47,635 nucleotides of DNA from an uncultured Acetobacteraceae bacterium (GTDB lineage: Bacteria > Pseudomonadota > Alphaproteobacteria > Acetobacterales > Acetobacteraceae). This document shows, in pieces, positions 43,413 to 47,635 of this stretch. Numbering within the stretch: the stretch's first letter is position 1; every line of letters starts with the position of its first letter. Both the position numbers and the translations under genes were made by a program. The notes below the pieces were generated by a model, which searched no databases, had not been told where the DNA came from, and was given only the letters and a program-made list of their open reading frames with translations. The stretch is from the NCBI GenBank assembly GCA_964246135.1, contig CAXTPV010000002.1:1-47635 (forward strand), read 5' to 3'.

Positions 43413-44309
43413 TCAGCCCGGTGCGACGGACGGCAGAAAAGCGGCGAGCCGTGCCGCGACCGCGTCCGGCGCCTCCTCGGCGAGGAAGTGCCCGGCATCG
43501 ATCGCGGCGCCCGATAGCGGTGCCGCGACGTGGTCCTGCCACAGGGCCACGGGATCGTACCAGCCCCCGAGCATGCCGCGCGCAGCCCACAGCACCAAAG
43601 TTGGGCAGGTGACGCGGCCGGTGTCGGCGTTGCCGCTCCGCTCCGCCGCGGCGTCGAGCTCGAGCGCCTGGCGGTAGGTCTCGCCGCGCACGGCCAGCGC
43701 CGCTGGGTCCGGGTCGGGGCCGAGGTAGTCCGCGACGGCCTCGGGATGAAAGTAGGCAGGCGCCTGGCCGCCCGGCAGGGTGCCGGCGAACCAGCTTCCC
43801 GGCGCCCCGTGCAGCAGGCTCTCGGGCTTTGGGTGCGCCTGCGCGAACCAGAACATACGGTAGCTCGCAAGCGATGCCGCCATGTCGGTGCGCTCGAATG
43901 GCAGCGGCGCCGGCACGATGTCGAGCAAGGCGAGCCGCGAGGTTCGTGCGGGTTCCGTGAGCGCCATCCGGTGCGCGACCCGGCCGCCGCGGTCATGGCC
44001 GACCAGGCTCGCCGTATCCACCCCGATCTCGTCGAGCAGTGCGAACAGGCGTCGCGACATAAAAGCCGCGGTCCCCGCCTCGGCGTCGTTGGCGAGCGCC
44101 GGAAAGCTGCCGCCGCTGCCCGGCAGGTCGGGACAAATCACCCTGTAGCCCTGTTCCAGCAACTGGCCGGCGACCGCGTGCCACATCGCATGGGTCTGCG
44201 GGTAGCCGTGCAGCAGCAGCACCGCGGGGCCGGTGCCGGCGCTTCGAAGCCGCATGCGGCCATCGCCGAGGTCGACCGTGATCGGCGGCCCGAAGCCTGC
44301 AAAGAACAT
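43413..44309 (-). CDS. Alpha/beta-fold hydrolase (haloacetate dehalogenase / epoxide hydrolase-like, Asp nucleophile)
   Basis: PAVLLLHGYPQTHAMWHAVAGQL...LVGHDRGGRVAHRMAL...AGHFLAEEAP. GGAGGAGG lies upstream of the ATG at 44309 (residue 76 of ORF 43413..44534). Confidence 0.85.
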   Translation of the reverse strand: MFFAGFGPPITVDLGDGRMRLRSAGTGPAVLLLHGYPQTHAMWHAVAGQLLEQGYRVICPDLPGSGGSFPALANDAEAGTAAFMSRRLFALLDEIGVDTASLVGHDRGGRVAHRMALTEPARTSRLALLDIVPAPLPFERTDMAASLASYRMFWFAQAHPKPESLLHGAPGSWFAGTLPGGQAPAYFHPEAVADYLGPDPDPAALAVRGETYRQALELDAAAERSGNADTGRVTCPTLVLWAARGMLGGWYDPVALWQDHVAAPLSGAAIDAGHFLAEEAPDAVAARLAAFLPSVAPG

Positions 44310-44364
44310 CGGCCCTCCTCCTCGGCGGATTGTGACCGCAGCCCCTGGTCTGTAGTCAGTCAGC

Positions 44365-45777
44365 ATGACAGGTTTTGATCCTGAGGACTGGTCGTCGATG
44401 CGGGCGCTCGGGCACCGCATGGTCGATGACATGATCGACCATCTGCGGCTGGTGCGCGAGCGGCCGGTCTGGCAGCCGCTGCCGGACGGGTTCCGCGCCG
44501 AGCTTCGCGCGATGGCGCTCCCGCACGAGGGCACCGATCCCGACGCGATCTACGCGTTGTTCCAGCGGCTGGTGGAGCCGTATGGCGTTGGCAACACCCA
44601 TCCGCGCTTCATGGGCTGGGTGCATGGCGGCGGCAACGCCGTCGGCATGCTGGCCGAGCTGCTGGCAGCTGGCCTGAACGCCAATCTCGGCGGCCGCGAC
44701 CACGCGCCGATCGAGGTCGAGCGGCAGGTGATCGCCTGGGCCGCCGCCATGCTGGGCCTGCCACCAGGCACCACCGGCCTGCTGGTCACCGGCTCCTCGA
44801 TCGCGAACCTGATCGCCGTGCTGACCGCGCGGCGCGCCGCCCTTGGCCCCCGCGTTCGTAGCGAGGGTCTGCGCGACGCGGCACTCACCGCCTACGCCGC
44901 GACCAGCGCGCATGGCTGCGTGCCGCGCGCGTTCGACATGGCGGGCCTCGGCACCGACGCACTGCGACTGATCCCGGTCGACGCCGCGCAGCGTATCAAC
45001 CTCTCGGCACTGGCGGCAGCGATCACCGCCGACCGGGCGCGAGGCAAACGCCCGTTCCTGATCGTCGGCAGCGCTGGCACGGTCGATTGCGGCGCGGTGG
45101 ACGACCTCGACGCGCTGGCGTCGCTCGCCGCACAGGAGGGTGTCTGGTTTCACGTCGACGGCGCGTTCGGCGCGATGGCGACGCTGTCGCCGCTTCATGC
45201 CCCCTTGCTGCGCGGCATCGAGCGCGCCGACAGCCTCGCGTTCGACTTCCACAAATGGGCACAGGTCCCGTACGACGCCGGCTGCGTGCTGGTGCGCGAA
45301 CCGGGGCGTCAGGCGGACGCGTTCGCGCAATCCCTCGCCTATCTCGGGCGCGAGGCGCGCGGGCTTGCCGGCAACCCGCCTTGGCCCTGCGACCTGGGTC
45401 CCGACCTGTCACGCGGCTTTCGCGCGCTCAAGGTGTGGATGACGCTGCTCGCCTACGGCACTGACGGGCTCGCGCGCGTCGTGGAGAACAGCTGCGCGGT
45501 CGCGCGTCACCTCGAGACGCGCATCGCGCGTGAGCCCGCGCTCGAGCTGCTCGCCCCGGTCACCCTGAACATCGTCTGCTTTCGCGTTCGTACCGGCAGT
45601 TCCGACCTTGACGCACTGAACGCCCGGATCGTGTCCGACCTGCAGGAATCCGGCATCGCAGCGCCTTCAACAACAATGATCAACGGCAGGCGCGCGATCC
45701 GCGCCGCGATCGTCAATCATCGCACCACGACCGCAGACGCGGATGCCTTTGTAGAAGGCGTTCTTTCCTTCCTGTAG
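44365..45777 (+). CDS. PLP-dependent group II amino-acid decarboxylase (aromatic-L-amino-acid / glutamate decarboxylase family)
   Basis: 470 aa: ...HPRFMGWVHGGGN...TGSSIANLIAV...WFHVDGAFGA...SLAFDFHKWAQVPYDAGCV (PLP-Lys in HKW). Confidence 0.85.
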   Translation: MTGFDPEDWSSMRALGHRMVDDMIDHLRLVRERPVWQPLPDGFRAELRAMALPHEGTDPDAIYALFQRLVEPYGVGNTHPRFMGWVHGGGNAVGMLAELLAAGLNANLGGRDHAPIEVERQVIAWAAAMLGLPPGTTGLLVTGSSIANLIAVLTARRAALGPRVRSEGLRDAALTAYAATSAHGCVPRAFDMAGLGTDALRLIPVDAAQRINLSALAAAITADRARGKRPFLIVGSAGTVDCGAVDDLDALASLAAQEGVWFHVDGAFGAMATLSPLHAPLLRGIERADSLAFDFHKWAQVPYDAGCVLVREPGRQADAFAQSLAYLGREARGLAGNPPWPCDLGPDLSRGFRALKVWMTLLAYGTDGLARVVENSCAVARHLETRIAREPALELLAPVTLNIVCFRVRTGSSDLDALNARIVSDLQESGIAAPSTTMINGRRAIRAAIVNHRTTTADADAFVEGVLSFL

Positions 45778-45986
45778 AACGCGTGTGTGCATCCCGATCG
45801 ATGCCTAGGTAGAATGTCCGTTGTTATTTCGAAACGGATTATTTTCCCCTCCGGAACGAGAACCGGCCCTTGATCTTGCCTATCGGCACATCCTCGAATA
45901 TCAAATATCCGATAGCTGGGAACCCTATGCTAATCGCCCTGCCGAAGCCGGACAGAATGCTCCGCGCAGTGACAGGAACTTTTTGA

Positions 45987-47635
45987 ATGCAGCATGCAAA
46001 TGTCTCCCGGCGCAGGTTCGGCAAGGGTGTCGCCGCGACAACGGTGCTCGGAGTGGCCGGCTCGCAAACCGCGCTCGGGTCTGCGTTGGCGGCCGGCACC
46101 GCGCCGTCTGCCTCGGACTTTGCAGGCAATGTCGGTTATCCGGTCGACGTCACCTATTTCTGGACCGGCTCTCACAGCCACTACCTGCAGCCGTGGCGCC
46201 CACTGATCACGACGCGCTCGCTAAGCTCTATCGTTAACGGTCTCGGCATCCAGAACTCGAACAGTGACAATCCCGAGACATTGCCGCTGTTCGCCGCCGC
46301 CGGCTTCACCCAGGTTCGCACTGGCCTGAACTGGGGCCAAGTTTCCGCATCCGATCCGTCGACGATATCGCTCGACGCGAACCAGACCGATGTCACCTTC
46401 ATTAAGACGGCGCAGGCGGTCGGTCTCCGCCCGATGGTCATGGTGCAGGCGTTCGACCAACTGCCGTGCCCGTTCACCACGACGACGATGACGCTGCAGC
46501 ATCCGATCGGACCGAACGACACCACGGTCACGCTGCCATCGACAGCCGGCCTGCGCGCCGGCTTTTCGGGACCGTCCAGTTGGCTAAGGGGTCTGCAGCG
46601 GACCTACGTGAGCTCGAACAATGTCATGTGCCCGGCGTTCTTCACCAGCGTCAACGGCAACCAGGCAACATTGTCAAAGCCGCTTGGTGTGACCGTTCCT
46701 GCCGGCGTTGAGCTTGAGATCCACACGCTGTCGTACAAGCCGTTCAGCTATCCCGGCAACAGCGACTACAACGCGACGATGAACGGGTGGAAACTCTTCC
46801 TGGGCGCGGTGTCGAAATTCATGAGCGGCGTGCTCGGCACGACCGGGAGATCGGATCTCGGATTTGATCTTGAGATCTGGAACGAGATCACTTTCGGTGG
46901 CAATTTCCTCGACATCAACAACTACTACACGCCGGCGATCGTCCCTGAGAGCTACACAGATTTTGGCTACATGCAGACGGTGACGGTCGACCTGATCAAC
47001 CAGAGCTCGGCCTATATCGAAGCCAATCCGCATCTTTTCGCCGGTGTCCGGGTGTCAAACGGGTTCTCCAGTGAGCTGCCTTGGCCGGCCGCGTCCGCTC
47101 AGCCGGCCGCGATCACCGCCATGAGCAAGCATCCCTATCCCAGCCCGGTCTCCTATCCCGCCTCGGACAACCGCTACTGTGGCCTCGACATCACTGGAAA
47201 CGTGACAAGCTTCGTGCCGACTTACTCGCTGTTTTTGCACGAGGCCGCGGAGATGGCCGCAAACCCCTACACCTATTGCCGCGATATATCGACCGAGACC
47301 AGCAGCTTTAACGGCGCCAATCACGGACAGAACGCGAGTCCGAGCGGTCAGCCGGTGAAGCTCTGGGTCACCGAGACCGGCACCTCGGCGACGGAGCACG
47401 GCGTCACGGGCGGCGCGGTCGCACCACTGGTCGCCAAGGGCACGCTGCGCGCGCTATTCTTTCATCTCGGCGTCGGTGTCGAGCGGGTCTACCTCTATGA
47501 GGGTGTCGGCGATCCCGGCATGTTTGCGCTGCTCGATCAGAACGCGCCGACCACGCCGACGGTGCCGCTGAACGCCGTCGGCAACGCGATGTCGATCATC
47601 CATGGCGGCATCTCGCCAGGACAGGAAGGCAATCT
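45987..47635 (+). CDS. Tat-exported putative glycoside hydrolase (clan GH-A-like TIM barrel); 3' end beyond the window
   Basis: Absent from the ORF track because it has no stop in the window. Hand translation from the ATG at 45987 is open to the window end: MQHANVSRRRFGKGVAATTVLGVAGSQTALGSALAAG (twin-arginine signal SRRxFxK)...LEIWNEITFGG...LWVTETGTS. The NE and TETG motifs are spaced ~163 aa apart. All ORF-track entries here lie in other frames or on the opposite strand. Confidence 0.7.
   Translation, partial: MQHANVSRRRFGKGVAATTVLGVAGSQTALGSALAAGTAPSASDFAGNVGYPVDVTYFWTGSHSHYLQPWRPLITTRSLSSIVNGLGIQNSNSDNPETLPLFAAAGFTQVRTGLNWGQVSASDPSTISLDANQTDVTFIKTAQAVGLRPMVMVQAFDQLPCPFTTTTMTLQHPIGPNDTTVTLPSTAGLRAGFSGPSSWLRGLQRTYVSSNNVMCPAFFTSVNGNQATLSKPLGVTVPAGVELEIHTLSYKPFSYPGNSDYNATMNGWKLFLGAVSKFMSGVLGTTGRSDLGFDLEIWNEITFGGNFLDINNYYTPAIVPESYTDFGYMQTVTVDLINQSSAYIEANPHLFAGVRVSNGFSSELPWPAASAQPAAITAMSKHPYPSPVSYPASDNRYCGLDITGNVTSFVPTYSLFLHEAAEMAANPYTYCRDISTETSSFNGANHGQNASPSGQPVKLWVTETGTSATEHGVTGGAVAPLVAKGTLRALFFHLGVGVERVYLYEGVGDPGMFALLDQNAPTTPTVPLNAVGNAMSIIHGGISPGQEGN

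Overview
High-GC chromosomal window with an alphaproteobacterial gene set (DUF1013/TrcR-like regulator, ROSE-type leader on an hsp20 gene, secDF, lpxB, thiC behind a TPP riboswitch). Most of it is housekeeping: purE, rpmE, pdxY, cynS, mscL, secD/secF, thiC, lpxB, gluQ and an aspartate aminotransferase. No rRNA, tRNA, CRISPR array, transposase, integrase or recognisable defence genes were seen.

Four regions stand out:
1. 26.8-37.9 kb: seven co-directional, translationally coupled genes on the minus strand with lower GC. They encode fused glycosyltransferases (GT2+WsaF-like, RgpF+GT2), two methyltransferases (one fused to a long coiled coil and a GT-like domain) and a polytopic membrane protein. 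No transporter, initiating transferase or sugar-nucleotide genes lie in the window. This looks like an uncharacterised ABC-pathway-style glycan assembly module and is my best candidate for an undescribed system.
2. 19.3-21.8 kb: a hybrid histidine kinase whose three-helix N-terminus resembles the plant ETR1 ethylene-binding domain, with the Cys-x3-His copper site conserved.
3. 39.4-43.4 kb: a start/stop-overlapping operon of a paralogous aminotransferase, a double GNAT, a cytochrome P450 and a nitroreductase, flanked by an alpha/beta hydrolase and a PLP decarboxylase. This may be a cryptic amino-acid-derived small-molecule pathway.
4. 45987 to the window end: a long ORF absent from the ORF track because it has no stop in the window. 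It encodes a Tat-signal protein with clan GH-A-like glycosidase motifs.

Smaller observations are a 51-nt double-hairpin intergenic repeat family (3 copies), a tandemly duplicated Shine-Dalgarno region, an 11-nt poly-C tract in a 455-bp gene-free gap, and several ambiguous start sites.

All family calls rest on recognising motifs in the translations by eye; no searches were run. Coordinates derived by hand from the printed sequence may be off by 1-2 nt.
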